A DNA stretch of 64,000 nt from Flavobacteriaceae bacterium (GTDB taxonomy: Bacteria > Bacteroidota > Bacteroidia > Flavobacteriales > Flavobacteriaceae): NCBI GenBank assembly GCA_029938265.1, contig JAOZVI010000002.1, forward strand, positions 1,945-65,944, read 5' to 3'. Both the position numbers and the translations under genes were made by a program. A model generated the notes under the pieces. The model was given only the letters and a program-made list of their open reading frames with translations, made no database searches and was not told the origin of the DNA. Below, one piece after another: positions 51,152-61,541 of the stretch (its first letter is position 1; each line of letters starts with the position of its first letter).

Positions 51152-52027
51152 TTAATCAATTTTATAGATAATCGGATTAAAAGCTTTTGAAGCGATTATA
51201 ACTTTGTCTCCAATATTCAATTTTTTAGATTCATCGGCATCAGCTACAACTTTAATAATTTCTTTACCTATTAAAACGGTAATGATAAATATAAAATCTT
51301 GATTAACCATTGCCAGAATTTCACCGTGAAGTTGAAATTTTCCACTTACTTTATTATGTGTTAAAACCTTTGTTGGCAATCCTTGTTTGATTATTTTACC
51401 ATGATCTAACTCAATCAGATAATCTGACATTTTAATAATTTCAGAAATATCATGACTGATCAATATTGTTGTTAAATTAAACTCTCTATGTACTTGTAAA
51501 ATATACTGTTGTAATTTATTGCGAATTTCAAAGTCTAATGCAGATAATGGTTCGTCTAACATTAATATTTCTGGCTTTTGCACCAATGCTCTTGCTAAAG
51601 CCACGCGTTGCTTTTGTCCACCCGAAAGTGTGTCAGGTTTACGAAATTGTAAATCACCTAAGTCAACTATTTCAACTAGTTCTTTAACAAAACCATCATC
51701 TTTATTTTTTCCAAGGGCAAAATTTAGATTTTCCAAAACTGTCATATTAGGAAACAAAGCATATTCCTGAAATACAAAACCAATTTTTCTTTTTTGAGGT
51801 GGGACATTTATTTTTTTTTCGGTATCTAACCAAAAGATGTCATTTACTATTATCTTTCCCTGATCTGGATTCAGTAAACCAGCTAAAATTCTGAAAATTG
51901 TTGTTTTTCCCGCTCCTGATTTTCCATATAAAGTAACTAGCTGCCCTTTCTGAATTTCAAATACAACATCCAATTGCATGTCCCCAGACGCAGATTTTAA
52001 CCTTTTTTGTAATAATACCGAAATCAT
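51152..52027 (-). CDS. modC: Molybdate ABC transporter ATP-binding protein with a C-terminal TOBE domain
   Basis: Start moved to the ATG at 52027, giving an ATGA overlap with the modB stop. GKSGAGKTT, LSGGQKQRVALARAL and LLDEP motifs. Confidence 0.85.
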   Translation of the reverse strand: MISVLLQKRLKSASGDMQLDVVFEIQKGQLVTLYGKSGAGKTTIFRILAGLLNPDQGKIIVNDIFWLDTEKKINVPPQKRKIGFVFQEYALFPNMTVLENLNFALGKNKDDGFVKELVEIVDLGDLQFRKPDTLSGGQKQRVALARALVQKPEILMLDEPLSALDFEIRNKLQQYILQVHREFNLTTILISHDISEIIKMSDYLIELDHGKIIKQGLPTKVLTHNKVSGKFQLHGEILAMVNQDFIFIITVLIGKEIIKVVADADESKKLNIGDKVIIASKAFNPIIYKID

Positions 52028-52695
52028 TGCCAAAATCTTTTTAAATACCCACCATTAACTAAATAAACAAACAATAAGATCATAAAAGTAATCCCAAATA
52101 AAATAAGAGAGTACATATTGGCCACATCATAATTTAAAGTTTCTACTTCATCATAAATAGCTATTGATGCTACTTTTGTTTTTCCGGAAATATTTCCCCC
52201 AATCATTAAAACCACACCAAATTCTCCAATAGTATGTGCAAATGCTAAAATTATACCTGTTAATAAAGATGGGCGAATATTGGGTAATAAGACCTTAAAA
52301 AGTGTTGTGAATTTTGATTTCCCCATTACGTATGCAGCATCTTTAAGAGAAGTGGATAGGTTATTGAAACCTGATTGTATGGGATGCACCATAAAAGGTA
52401 AACTGTAAAATATTGATGCCAACACCAATCCTTCAAATGAAAAAACAAAACGTAAACCAAACCACTCGTCTAACCAATTTCCAAAAGCATTTGACGGACT
52501 AAAAGCAATTAACATATAAAAACCTAAAACTGTTGGTGGTAAAACCAAAGGCATACTAACCAAAGTTTCTATAACAGGTTTTATCCTTGATTTGGTGTAC
52601 GCCAACCAATATGCCAAAGGAATTGAAATTACCAACAACAATAATGTTGTGATAAGTGCTAATTTAAATGTTAAGATTAAAGGAGACCAATCCAT
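52024..52695 (-). CDS. modB: Molybdate ABC transporter permease
   Basis: Five to six transmembrane segments and an EAA-like loop (DAAYVMGKSKFTTLFKVLLP). Operon context. Confidence 0.85.
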   Translation of the reverse strand: MDWSPLILTFKLALITTLLLLVISIPLAYWLAYTKSRIKPVIETLVSMPLVLPPTVLGFYMLIAFSPSNAFGNWLDEWFGLRFVFSFEGLVLASIFYSLPFMVHPIQSGFNNLSTSLKDAAYVMGKSKFTTLFKVLLPNIRPSLLTGIILAFAHTIGEFGVVLMIGGNISGKTKVASIAIYDEVETLNYDVANMYSLILFGITFMILLFVYLVNGGYLKRFWQ

Positions 52696-53093
52696 TATTC
52701 AGATAGCATTAATTCATTGGTTTTTATCATTGCAGTAACCATTTTTCCTAACTGCAAATCTAATTGATTTACCGCATTTGTAGTGATGATCGAAGTAATA
52801 TTTCCAACAGATGTTTTTATGACCAATTTACTCAGTAATTTATCAGACTCAATTGATATAATCTCTCCATAGAATTTATTTTGCAAACTTATTGAGCAGT
52901 TAATTGCATTGGCAATGATCACTTCATTTTCTTTAAAAATAACCTTAACGGAATGGTTTGGTCTTAAATAAGATGATGTTTGAGGTGTATCAATTACAAT
53001 AGTTGTTAGCTTAATTTCTCCTGCTTTTAGTTTTACCAAAGACAATTCGCCATTCACATTAACCGACACTATTTTACCTTGAATTATATTCAT
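52695..53093 (-). CDS. Tandem TOBE (di-Mop, molbindin-like) molybdate-binding protein
   Basis: Two repeats of about 65 aa, each N.I.G.I..I.....S.V.L......L...IT......L.L..G..V.A.IK. Located between modA and modB, with a 1-nt TAATG overlap with modB. Confidence 0.7.
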   Translation of the reverse strand: MNIIQGKIVSVNVNGELSLVKLKAGEIKLTTIVIDTPQTSSYLRPNHSVKVIFKENEVIIANAINCSISLQNKFYGEIISIESDKLLSKLVIKTSVGNITSIITTNAVNQLDLQLGKMVTAMIKTNELMLSE

Positions 53094-53858
53094 TTAATCA
53101 TTTACTGAATAGCCAAAATTATTTAAAATTTCTTTACCTTTTGAAGAAATTAAAAATTCATTGAATTTTTTTGCTTTATGTAGTAGCTCTTTTCTGTTGA
53201 TCAGGATCACTATTCCCTGTGCAATGGGCGAATATAGATCAGGATCAATATCTATCCAATTATTATTGTCTTTAATTTTAGGTGCCATTACAACCGATTT
53301 TGCAGTAAACCCGATCTCAGCAACTCCTGAAGCAATAAATTGATTGGTTTGTGATACACTTTCTCCAAAAACTAATTTATTTTCAATTTTATGGTAGATA
53401 TCTTTATTGATCAAAACCTCTTTTGCAGAAAAACCATAAGGTGCCGTTTTGGGATTTGCCAAAGCAATATTCTTTATGTGTTTATCTTCTAAAATCTCAA
53501 ACGAAAGTTTAATATCCTTTCTCATAGTCCACATAACCAATTTACCATAAGCATAAATTTCTGGTTGTTTTAAAGTAAATCCCGATTTATACAATTCGTT
53601 TGGGTATTTCATATTTGCAGAAACAAAAATATCATAGGGGGCTCCTTCTTTAATTAGTGCAGTTAATTTTCCTGAAGAGCTGATCACCATTTCACAGGCA
53701 ATCTCAGTTTCCTTTTCAAAGGTTTGAATAATCTCTTTCATAGCAAACTGCATATTGGCCGCTGTTGCAATGGTTAATTTTGGTTGTTCATCTTTTTTAC
53801 AGGACAAAAAGAAAAAAATTAAAGAAAAAAAGATGAAGAATTTTTTAAAATAATTCAT
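53094..53858 (-). CDS. modA: Molybdate ABC transporter substrate-binding protein
   Basis: Lipobox FFLSC. IATAANMQFAM...SSSGKL...DIFVSAN...PYG pattern. Confidence 0.85.
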   Translation of the reverse strand: MNYFKKFFIFFSLIFFFLSCKKDEQPKLTIATAANMQFAMKEIIQTFEKETEIACEMVISSSGKLTALIKEGAPYDIFVSANMKYPNELYKSGFTLKQPEIYAYGKLVMWTMRKDIKLSFEILEDKHIKNIALANPKTAPYGFSAKEVLINKDIYHKIENKLVFGESVSQTNQFIASGVAEIGFTAKSVVMAPKIKDNNNWIDIDPDLYSPIAQGIVILINRKELLHKAKKFNEFLISSKGKEILNNFGYSVND

Positions 53859-53903
53859 ACAAAAACTTTGCTGATAATATTAATACAAGGATAAATTTCT
53901 GAC

Positions 53904-54587
53904 TTAATCTTCAGGTGATAAATATTTATAAACCAATCCGGCTAAAATTGCACCTAAAATTGGAGCTACCCAAAACAACCATAACTGATCCATTGCCCAT
54001 CCGCCAACAAAAAATGCCTGACTTGTACTACGCGCCGGATTAACTGAAGTATTGGTTACGGGAATACTAATCAAATGAATAAGGGTTAACGCTAATCCTA
54101 TTGCGATTCCAGCAAAACCAACAGGTGCTTTTGAATGTGTTGCACCCAAAATAACGATCAAAAACATAAAGGTCATTACAATCTCTGTCAATAAAGCTGC
54201 GAACATTCCATAACCTCCGGGAGAGTTTTCTCCATAACCATTGGCAGCGAAACCTCCTAATTCAAATCCTTCCTGACCCGTAGCAATAAAATATAAAATT
54301 GCTGCTCCTGCAATTCCACCTAAAACCTGAGAACCGATATATGGTAACAGATCTTTTTTATCAAAACGACCTCCAACCCACAAACCAACAGAAACTGCCG
54401 GATTAAAATGAGCACCGGAAATATGCCCTAAAGCATAAACCATAGTCAAAACAGTTAAACCAAAAGCAAAAGCAACACCAACGAAGCCAATACCCAAATC
54501 AGGAAATGATGCTGCAAAAACAGCGCTTCCACAACCGCCTAATACTAACCAAAGTGTACCGATAAATTCTGCAACTAATTTTTTCAT
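53904..54587 (-). CDS. aqpZ: Aquaporin Z
   Basis: Two NPA boxes (HFNPAVS, SVNPARS). [21 protein letters not shown]-terminus. Confidence 0.92.
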   Translation of the reverse strand: MKKLVAEFIGTLWLVLGGCGSAVFAASFPDLGIGFVGVAFAFGLTVLTMVYALGHISGAHFNPAVSVGLWVGGRFDKKDLLPYIGSQVLGGIAGAAILYFIATGQEGFELGGFAANGYGENSPGGYGMFAALLTEIVMTFMFLIVILGATHSKAPVGFAGIAIGLALTLIHLISIPVTNTSVNPARSTSQAFFVGGWAMDQLWLFWVAPILGAILAGLVYKYLSPED

Positions 54588-54786
54588 TTTTATTTTTTTA
54601 TATTAATATTAAACCTTTTTGTTTGATGATATTATCTTGATTAAGATCATGAAAAAAAAATCGATCCATTTCATAACTAAAGAATTAAGAAACACTTAAG
54701 TTGAAAAACTAAAACAGACACCTTCTCAAAAATACAACTAATTTGCTTAATTATCAGGGATTTGATATTTAATAACCTGAGTTTGA

Positions 54787-55848
54787 CTATTTGGTTCTTG
54801 CACGACTAATAAAGTACTTTTCAAATTTTTTATCATTTTCTAGAATCTTATAAAACTCAACTATAAATTTTTTAGCCTCAAAGAATTGATTTGGATCATA
54901 GAAGAATTCTTTTAAATTATCAATTGTAATAAATATTTGAGTTTTATAACCAATATATTCATCTCTCACTTCTTGTAGAAGTAACTCATCTCTTTTATAG
55001 CCTTTGTATAATCGTTGTGTAACCTCAGTAATTGATAGTGGTATATTTTGAATATTTGAAACAACCGCATAACTTGAATTTACAAGACCTGACATGTCAA
55101 AATCATATGGAATACTAATAAATTTATTATCGGTAAATAATAACTTTTCATTATGTTGGTATTTTAATGAGAAATCAGTGTTTCCAATTAAATATTGAAA
55201 AAATGAAATTTGTATGGCTGTAATAGTATCCAGATTCATGGGGTGGATCGCTTTATCAAACTCCTTACCATTAAAACGTTCAGCAACCTTATCAATATCT
55301 TCAATTAAGATTCCTTTTAACTCATGCTTCCTTTTCCGCTTACCCTTTTCTTCAATAAAATCAATATTTGCTAATCGTGTTTTGAAATGATAAGGTGAGA
55401 TAATTTCGTACAATTTGTAGGCCATATATTCCTTTACAATATAATCATCATTATATTTTTCTATCAAACATGGAAGAACAATTTTTAACTTTTTGTTTCC
55501 TTCGAATAAAGTTCCTTTTGTTGTCGATTTCTTCAATTTCAATTTTAGGGGAACAAAATAACAGTTTTCTCGTCTATAACTTCCTCGAGCCCTAAGTTTA
55601 ATCCTTATGGAATCCCATTCTACAGTTCCGTTTTCGTAAAATAGTGTTGATTTAATATATATACTGTCATTAGTGTTCTTTTTTATGTTTTTAATAGAGA
55701 ATTTTAGTTGAATTGAAAGCGGAAGCTGGTTTTGAAAAAGAGGAGTTATTTCTGCTAATTTTTTTTCACCAACATTGTTTTGGGAATAAGATAAATTAAC
55801 AAAAATCACTTGAAGTGAAAGAAAAATAAATAACATTTGTCTTTCCAT
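54787..55848 (-). CDS. Secreted hypothetical protein, possibly CotH-like
   Basis: Signal peptide. RARGSYRRENC...KLKLKK, IGNTD...HN and IPYDFDMSG resemble CotH kinase-fold motifs (recollection, unverified). Confidence 0.4.
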   Translation of the reverse strand: MERQMLFIFLSLQVIFVNLSYSQNNVGEKKLAEITPLFQNQLPLSIQLKFSIKNIKKNTNDSIYIKSTLFYENGTVEWDSIRIKLRARGSYRRENCYFVPLKLKLKKSTTKGTLFEGNKKLKIVLPCLIEKYNDDYIVKEYMAYKLYEIISPYHFKTRLANIDFIEEKGKRKRKHELKGILIEDIDKVAERFNGKEFDKAIHPMNLDTITAIQISFFQYLIGNTDFSLKYQHNEKLLFTDNKFISIPYDFDMSGLVNSSYAVVSNIQNIPLSITEVTQRLYKGYKRDELLLQEVRDEYIGYKTQIFITIDNLKEFFYDPNQFFEAKKFIVEFYKILENDKKFEKYFISRARTK

Positions 55849-55928
55849 ATCATGGCATTTATTTGTAATAAAATTAATGAATTATTTTAAATTAGATCAA
55901 TCTATTGCCATCAAAACTTCAAATAGTT

Positions 55929-56867
55929 TTAATCAAGATTAATAAACTTAAAAATTATATTTATTAACCCTTCTTTTAACGGGAGGTCAGGCTGACTATA
56001 AGTTTGAATATTTTTTTGTCTATCAATTTCAACTTCTTTCAAAATATGATTCATCCCTTCAATTATTTTTAACTCAGCTTTTGAATTTGCTTTCTTCAAT
56101 AATTCTGCTTCATCAACATTTACCTGAATGTCTGTAGTACCCTGAATAATCAAAATTGGTATTTTCAATTTTGCAATTTCTATTTGCGGATCGTATTTAA
56201 ACCATGAAATTATATACGGTTGTACACTTGGTCGAAATAAAGCATTTAACATTTGAGGAACCTCAGCAATCGTATCACCTTTTTCCAATTGATCAATAAT
56301 TGGTAGCGCAGCATCTAAAACAACTGGAGGTTGACCTGCTAATTGTGTTCTTAAAATATCTGCTGCCGGTCTCCCAACCCCTGCAATTGAAATAAATTTA
56401 TCAACATTGGTTTGTTGTAAAGCAATCATTCCAATTAATGATCCTTCACTATGTCCGATAACCACCACTTGATTAAACCTCTTATCTTTTTTTAATAATT
56501 CTACCCAATGCTTGGCATCATCAATATAATTTTCAAAACGCAAATCGCTTTCTTGCAAACCGGCATCTTTACTCTTAGCAATTCCTCGTTTATCATATCG
56601 TAAAGTTGCTATACCATTTTCTGATAGACCCGTGGCTATCATTTTCAAGGAATTATTCTTCATATAGGGATTATTACCATCCCTGTCAGTTGGTCCTGAA
56701 CCGGCAATGATCAAAGCTACTGGTACATTATTTTCTTTTTCGGGGAACAAAAGTGTACCTTCAATATTTCCTGTTTTGGTAGTTAGCGTAATGTTTTCTT
56801 CTTTTTGAGCATAAAGATGCATACTGAAAAATATAAAAACTAAAAAAACTATTATTTTATTTCCCAT
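55929..56867 (-). CDS. Alpha/beta hydrolase (secreted)
   Basis: Signal peptide. Nucleophile elbow GHSEG. Downstream D and H (GTTD, MNHIL). Confidence 0.75.
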   Translation of the reverse strand: MGNKIIVFLVFIFFSMHLYAQKEENITLTTKTGNIEGTLLFPEKENNVPVALIIAGSGPTDRDGNNPYMKNNSLKMIATGLSENGIATLRYDKRGIAKSKDAGLQESDLRFENYIDDAKHWVELLKKDKRFNQVVVIGHSEGSLIGMIALQQTNVDKFISIAGVGRPAADILRTQLAGQPPVVLDAALPIIDQLEKGDTIAEVPQMLNALFRPSVQPYIISWFKYDPQIEIAKLKIPILIIQGTTDIQVNVDEAELLKKANSKAELKIIEGMNHILKEVEIDRQKNIQTYSQPDLPLKEGLINIIFKFINLD

Positions 56868-57008
56868 GATCTTTCTAAGTATTTGAATGAAAAATAAAAG
56901 TAAAGGATTTTACTATAAAAACAAGAACTAAACACATAAAAAACATCTAAAGATATCATAATTTCAGGCATTTTTTTTGTAATTTGTAGTTTTTGAAACT
57001 TTCATACA

Positions 57009-58601
57009 ATGATACAATCTTATAAACAAAATCCTCAGTTACAAAAAAACTATGATACCATTATCATCGGATCAGGTATGGGCGGATTAACAACCGCTGC
57101 TTTATTAGCAAAAGAAGGTCAAAAAGTGCTTGTTTTAGAGCGTCATTACACCCCGGGAGGATTTACACATGTTTTTAAACGTAAAGATTACGAATGGGAT
57201 GTTGGTATACATTATATCGGTCAAATGCAAAACCCTAAAAGTTTATTGAAACAACTTTTTGATTATATTACTGACAAACAACTGCATTGGGAAGATATAG
57301 GAGAAGTTTATGATAAAATTATTATTGGCAATAGATCTTATGATCTTGTTAAGGGAGTCAAAAACTTCAAAGCTAAAATGAAATCATATTTTCCTGATGA
57401 AGAAGCCGCAATTGATAAATATATCAATACTATTTATGCTGCCTCTAAAACAATAAGAAATTTTCAAATTGACAAAGTGATACCACCTATAGCAAGTAAC
57501 TTAATTGGTAGTTTTTTGAGAAATCCACTTTATAAATATTCTGATAAAACTACCTATGAAGTATTGAGTTCTATTACAAAAAATGAAGAATTGATCAAAG
57601 TTTTAACAGGTCAATACGGCGACTTCGGATTACCCCCTAAAAAAAGTAGTTTTTTAATGCATGCACTTCTGGTTAGCCATTATTTTAACGGTGGCAGTTT
57701 TCCTATAGGCGGATCATCACAAATTGTAAAGACCCTAGAACCATTAATTGCTAAATCGGATGGTACCATTATCATCAATGCTGAAGTTGATAATGTTATC
57801 ATAAAAAAAAATACTGCCATAGGTGTAAAAATGACAGATGGTAAAACATTCTATGCAAAAAATATTGTTAGCAATACCGGTGTAATGCATACTTTTAATA
57901 AACTTTTACCCCAGGAAACCATTCATAAATATAAATTGAAAGAGAAACTTCAAAAAGTAGATCATTCAGTTTCGCATGTAGGTTTATATATTGGATTAAA
58001 AGGAACTACAGAAGAGCTTCAACTCCCAAAAAGTAATTATTGGATCTATCCTGACGACTGTGATCATGATACTTGCGTGGAAAGATATTTAAATGATATC
58101 AATAAACCTTTTCCTCTGATATTCATCTCATTTCCATCAGCAAAAGATCCCGACTGGCAGAATAGATATCCCGGACGGAGTACAATTGATATCGTTACTT
58201 TAGCACCCTATGATATGTTTAAAAAATGGGAAAGCACAAAATGGATGAAAAGAGGTCTTGATTATGAAGCTATTAAAGAAAATATATCTCAACGATTGCT
58301 CAATGAGCTTTACAAAAAATTACCACAAGTAAAAGGCAAAGTAGATTATTATGAATTGTCAACACCTCTTTCTACACAAAATTTTGTGAATTATGAAAAA
58401 GGAGAAATATATGGAATTGATCATAGCCCAAAACGTTTCCGACAGAAATTTTTAAGACCAAGAACACCGATAAAGAACTTTTATCTTACCGGACAAGACA
58501 TTGTTAGTTGTGGCATTGGAGGTGCTTTATTTTCCGGAGTTTTAACTGTTTCGGCTATGACCGGTACTAATGTTATAAAAAAGGTTTTAATGGAAAAGTA
58601 A
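57009..58601 (+). CDS. FAD/NAD(P)-dependent oxidoreductase of the phytoene desaturase / retinol saturase-like family
   Basis: N-terminal dinucleotide-binding motif IIIGSGMGGLTTAALLAKEGQKVLVLE. About 530 aa. C-terminal GQDIVSCGIGGAL. Confidence 0.75.
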   Translation: MIQSYKQNPQLQKNYDTIIIGSGMGGLTTAALLAKEGQKVLVLERHYTPGGFTHVFKRKDYEWDVGIHYIGQMQNPKSLLKQLFDYITDKQLHWEDIGEVYDKIIIGNRSYDLVKGVKNFKAKMKSYFPDEEAAIDKYINTIYAASKTIRNFQIDKVIPPIASNLIGSFLRNPLYKYSDKTTYEVLSSITKNEELIKVLTGQYGDFGLPPKKSSFLMHALLVSHYFNGGSFPIGGSSQIVKTLEPLIAKSDGTIIINAEVDNVIIKKNTAIGVKMTDGKTFYAKNIVSNTGVMHTFNKLLPQETIHKYKLKEKLQKVDHSVSHVGLYIGLKGTTEELQLPKSNYWIYPDDCDHDTCVERYLNDINKPFPLIFISFPSAKDPDWQNRYPGRSTIDIVTLAPYDMFKKWESTKWMKRGLDYEAIKENISQRLLNELYKKLPQVKGKVDYYELSTPLSTQNFVNYEKGEIYGIDHSPKRFRQKFLRPRTPIKNFYLTGQDIVSCGIGGALFSGVLTVSAMTGTNVIKKVLMEK

Positions 58602-58756
58602 ACTGAGAAAAAACCCTTCCGATCAATATGGGAATCAAAATTTTAATTTTCTTTTTTTATTACTGCCTTCTTATCAGATCTAAAGTGTAGATCCATTTGA
58701 GGAAATGGAATTTTGCTGATAAAAATTGTTTTAAAAAAACTACTTACAATTATTTT

Positions 58757-59587
58757 TTAAAGTAATTTAATCCCATCATTGTAAATATCTATAATCTTTT
58801 GTTTGTATAAATTTCCCAAACTTCTTTTAAAAGCCTTTTTGCTCAATCCTAATTGATGTTTAATATCATCCGGAGTACTTTTATCTGTCAATTCTAAAAA
58901 TCCTTCATTTTGTTTTAATGCTGTTAGAATAATTTCAGAATTTTTATCAATACTTTTTTTATACCCAATAGGCTCTAAAACAATATCAATTTTTCCATCT
59001 TCTCTTACTTGCTTTACATATCCTTTTATCTTGTCTCCGGGATTTAAATTCTTGTGAATATCAGATGTAAAGATCAATCCATTATATTTATTATTCACGA
59101 TCGCACTCATCCCAATGTCGTTCATTTTATACAATAAAAGATCTACTTCGTCTCCTTGTTTTATGCCTATATCATTATATACTAAGTACTTACTAATTTT
59201 ATTTGATCCAAACAATTTATTATTTTTCTCATCTTTCAGCATATATATAATATACCAATTTTCTTCTTTCATTCTTTCTTTTTGCTCATCATAAGGAATC
59301 ATCAGATCCTTTGGCAAACCCCAGTCCATAAAAGTTCCGTGTTTACTGATCTCTCTTACCTTTAAATAAGCAAATTCTCCTAATTGAATATTTGGTTTTA
59401 ATGTAGTTGCTACAATACGATCTTTGGCATCTTTATAAATAAAAACCTCTTTATCATCATCAATATTTAATTCTTCATTCACTAATGTTCTTGATAAAAA
59501 TACCTCATTCTTTTCTTCATCCTGAAGTTCGTAGCCATACTCAGTTTTCCTAACTACTTTAAGTTTATTTATTATTCCAATTTCCAT
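58757..59587 (-). CDS. S1-like RNA-binding protein (CvfB/YitL family)
   Basis: Repeated S1-like segments and a C-terminal winged-helix-like tail (LGLSKKAFKRSLGNLYKQKII). Confidence 0.7.
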   Translation of the reverse strand: MEIGIINKLKVVRKTEYGYELQDEEKNEVFLSRTLVNEELNIDDDKEVFIYKDAKDRIVATTLKPNIQLGEFAYLKVREISKHGTFMDWGLPKDLMIPYDEQKERMKEENWYIIYMLKDEKNNKLFGSNKISKYLVYNDIGIKQGDEVDLLLYKMNDIGMSAIVNNKYNGLIFTSDIHKNLNPGDKIKGYVKQVREDGKIDIVLEPIGYKKSIDKNSEIILTALKQNEGFLELTDKSTPDDIKHQLGLSKKAFKRSLGNLYKQKIIDIYNDGIKLL

Positions 59588-59601
59588 ATTTTCTAGTGAA
59601 A

Positions 59602-61506
59602 TTATCTCAATTTATAAGCATCAAATTTTTCTAAAGTATCCGGATTAACTACCTCTACTTCTATGTCTTTACCATTAACCTGAAATAATACTAAAGCATT
59701 TTGAGTAGAAAAACCTGTAACTTTATCTGTCCATGGAGTCTGATCCTGAGCGTAATAAGGAGCACCTGCGGCACCATTATTAATTTGATAAATTGTTCTG
59801 CTTAATTTAATCTTTTCCGGTATGTAATTTTCAGGGTAGATATTGGTTTCTGGTCCAATTTCAGTTCTGCAATAATTATGTTCATCACCGGTTAAAATAG
59901 CAATTACCTTAGTGCTTTTATTTACAAAAAGATCCAACAACTGGTCTCTTCTTTCAATAATTCCTTTATCAAGTGGTTTTCCTGCAACCCATGATCTGGG
60001 TCCATTTTTCCCATTATACCACATATCATCACCTACATGACCTCCATTGGGGAAAAAAGGTGTATGTTCAGTAATAAAAATATGATCAATATTTTTATCT
60101 TTTTCAAGCTTATGGATTGTTTCAGTAACCCAATTAAACTGATTGTCCATTATATAAGCGTGCAATCCTCCACTTGTAAATGGTATTAATCTACCTGAAG
60201 GCGCATAAAAATAATTTGAATTCATCACAACTACAGCAACGTTATCATAGGTGTAATAAAAAACATTTTCCTCATATGAAGGAAAATCAATTTTATTTGG
60301 ATCAGGATCATATTTTGCTCCATCCTCACTTGAAGGTCCGTTTTTTGGATTTACAAAATTATTTGCAAAAACAACTTCAGCCGACTCCGTTTCAAAAGGA
60401 AATCTATCAACATAAGCCCTGAAATTATTTTCTTTACCTTCAAAGATCTTACTTAAAGCTTCATGATTTCCCATACTTATATAAACAGGGAAATAATGTG
60501 TAAAAGGTTCAATTGCTCTTTTCCAGTTGGCATATTGCAAATTCATTTGATCTTTATCAGTTAAATATCCATTGATCAGATCTCCGGAAAATTGCATAAA
60601 ACTTATATTTTTATATTTTGCCAATGCCATGATCTTTTTCATGATATAAAAATTTACTCCATGAATATTTCTTTCTCCCCCTCCTTTACCATTTCTGGAA
60701 TCACTTGCATATGCAAATAAAAATGGTTTTCGTGCACCTGAATTATGTGCTGTTCTAAAACTGTAATCCTGAGTAATATTACCAACACTTACTATGTAGT
60801 TATACTCTTTATCAGCTGATAATCCTGTGATCTTGATCTCGTGATGTGTACCATTTTTAGAAGTATGATCTTTACCATCAATAGTAATTTTAACTATAGC
60901 GGACATATTTGTTTCAAGAGAAATTGTAGCTCCGTCAGCAGTTACTAAATTTATAAACGGACCTTCAATAATAGTGTTATCTACTTCAAAAATGCCATCT
61001 TTAAATAAAAAAGAAACTTTTCCATCATATAAAATATCACCCTTTTCATTGAGTACCCGATAACCAAGTGTTCCCATTCCACTCTTCTCCCATCCGATCA
61101 TATCGAATGTTCCTCTCATTGATTTAATATTAATATTGGTCATACCCTTACTAATTGTTGATAATTGCCTGAAATAAACTGGCATTGGGTGTTTTGAATC
61201 TCCATAAGGTATAAATCCGTAATATAAAAAACCACTAAAATCTGGAATTCCAAAATTAAATTTTATTCCTTTGGCAGTACCTGCCGGACTACCTTTTAGA
61301 TTAGTTAAAGTATAATCGGCTTTATGATCTCTCTCATAGTACCTTATACTGTCTTTTTCTATATAATACTTACCTTGTTCATCTTGATGAATATTGGTGT
61401 AAACCGAAGGAATATTAGTCTCTTTATTAATTTGACCAATTGTTTTGTAGGAAAAAAGTATTAAAATAAAAATACTTAAATACCTGGTTGTTAAGCTAAA
61501 TTTCAT
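59602..61506 (-). CDS. Secreted metallophosphoesterase (calcineurin-like)
   Basis: Signal peptide. GDLINGY, GNHE, TEH and GDEHNY motifs. Confidence 0.75.
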   Translation of the reverse strand: MKFSLTTRYLSIFILILFSYKTIGQINKETNIPSVYTNIHQDEQGKYYIEKDSIRYYERDHKADYTLTNLKGSPAGTAKGIKFNFGIPDFSGFLYYGFIPYGDSKHPMPVYFRQLSTISKGMTNINIKSMRGTFDMIGWEKSGMGTLGYRVLNEKGDILYDGKVSFLFKDGIFEVDNTIIEGPFINLVTADGATISLETNMSAIVKITIDGKDHTSKNGTHHEIKITGLSADKEYNYIVSVGNITQDYSFRTAHNSGARKPFLFAYASDSRNGKGGGERNIHGVNFYIMKKIMALAKYKNISFMQFSGDLINGYLTDKDQMNLQYANWKRAIEPFTHYFPVYISMGNHEALSKIFEGKENNFRAYVDRFPFETESAEVVFANNFVNPKNGPSSEDGAKYDPDPNKIDFPSYEENVFYYTYDNVAVVVMNSNYFYAPSGRLIPFTSGGLHAYIMDNQFNWVTETIHKLEKDKNIDHIFITEHTPFFPNGGHVGDDMWYNGKNGPRSWVAGKPLDKGIIERRDQLLDLFVNKSTKVIAILTGDEHNYCRTEIGPETNIYPENYIPEKIKLSRTIYQINNGAAGAPYYAQDQTPWTDKVTGFSTQNALVLFQVNGKDIEVEVVNPDTLEKFDAYKLR

Positions 61507-61541
61507 AATATTAATTTTAATGTAAATATATTTCTTTTTGT

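Noticed and set aside
53859-53903. Molybdenum-cofactor riboswitch upstream of modA, and a cobalamin riboswitch upstream of the TonB-receptor operon (29712-29764)
   Set aside because: The leaders are only about 45-53 nt and AT-rich. That is too short, and they lack the conserved GC-rich cores of these riboswitches.
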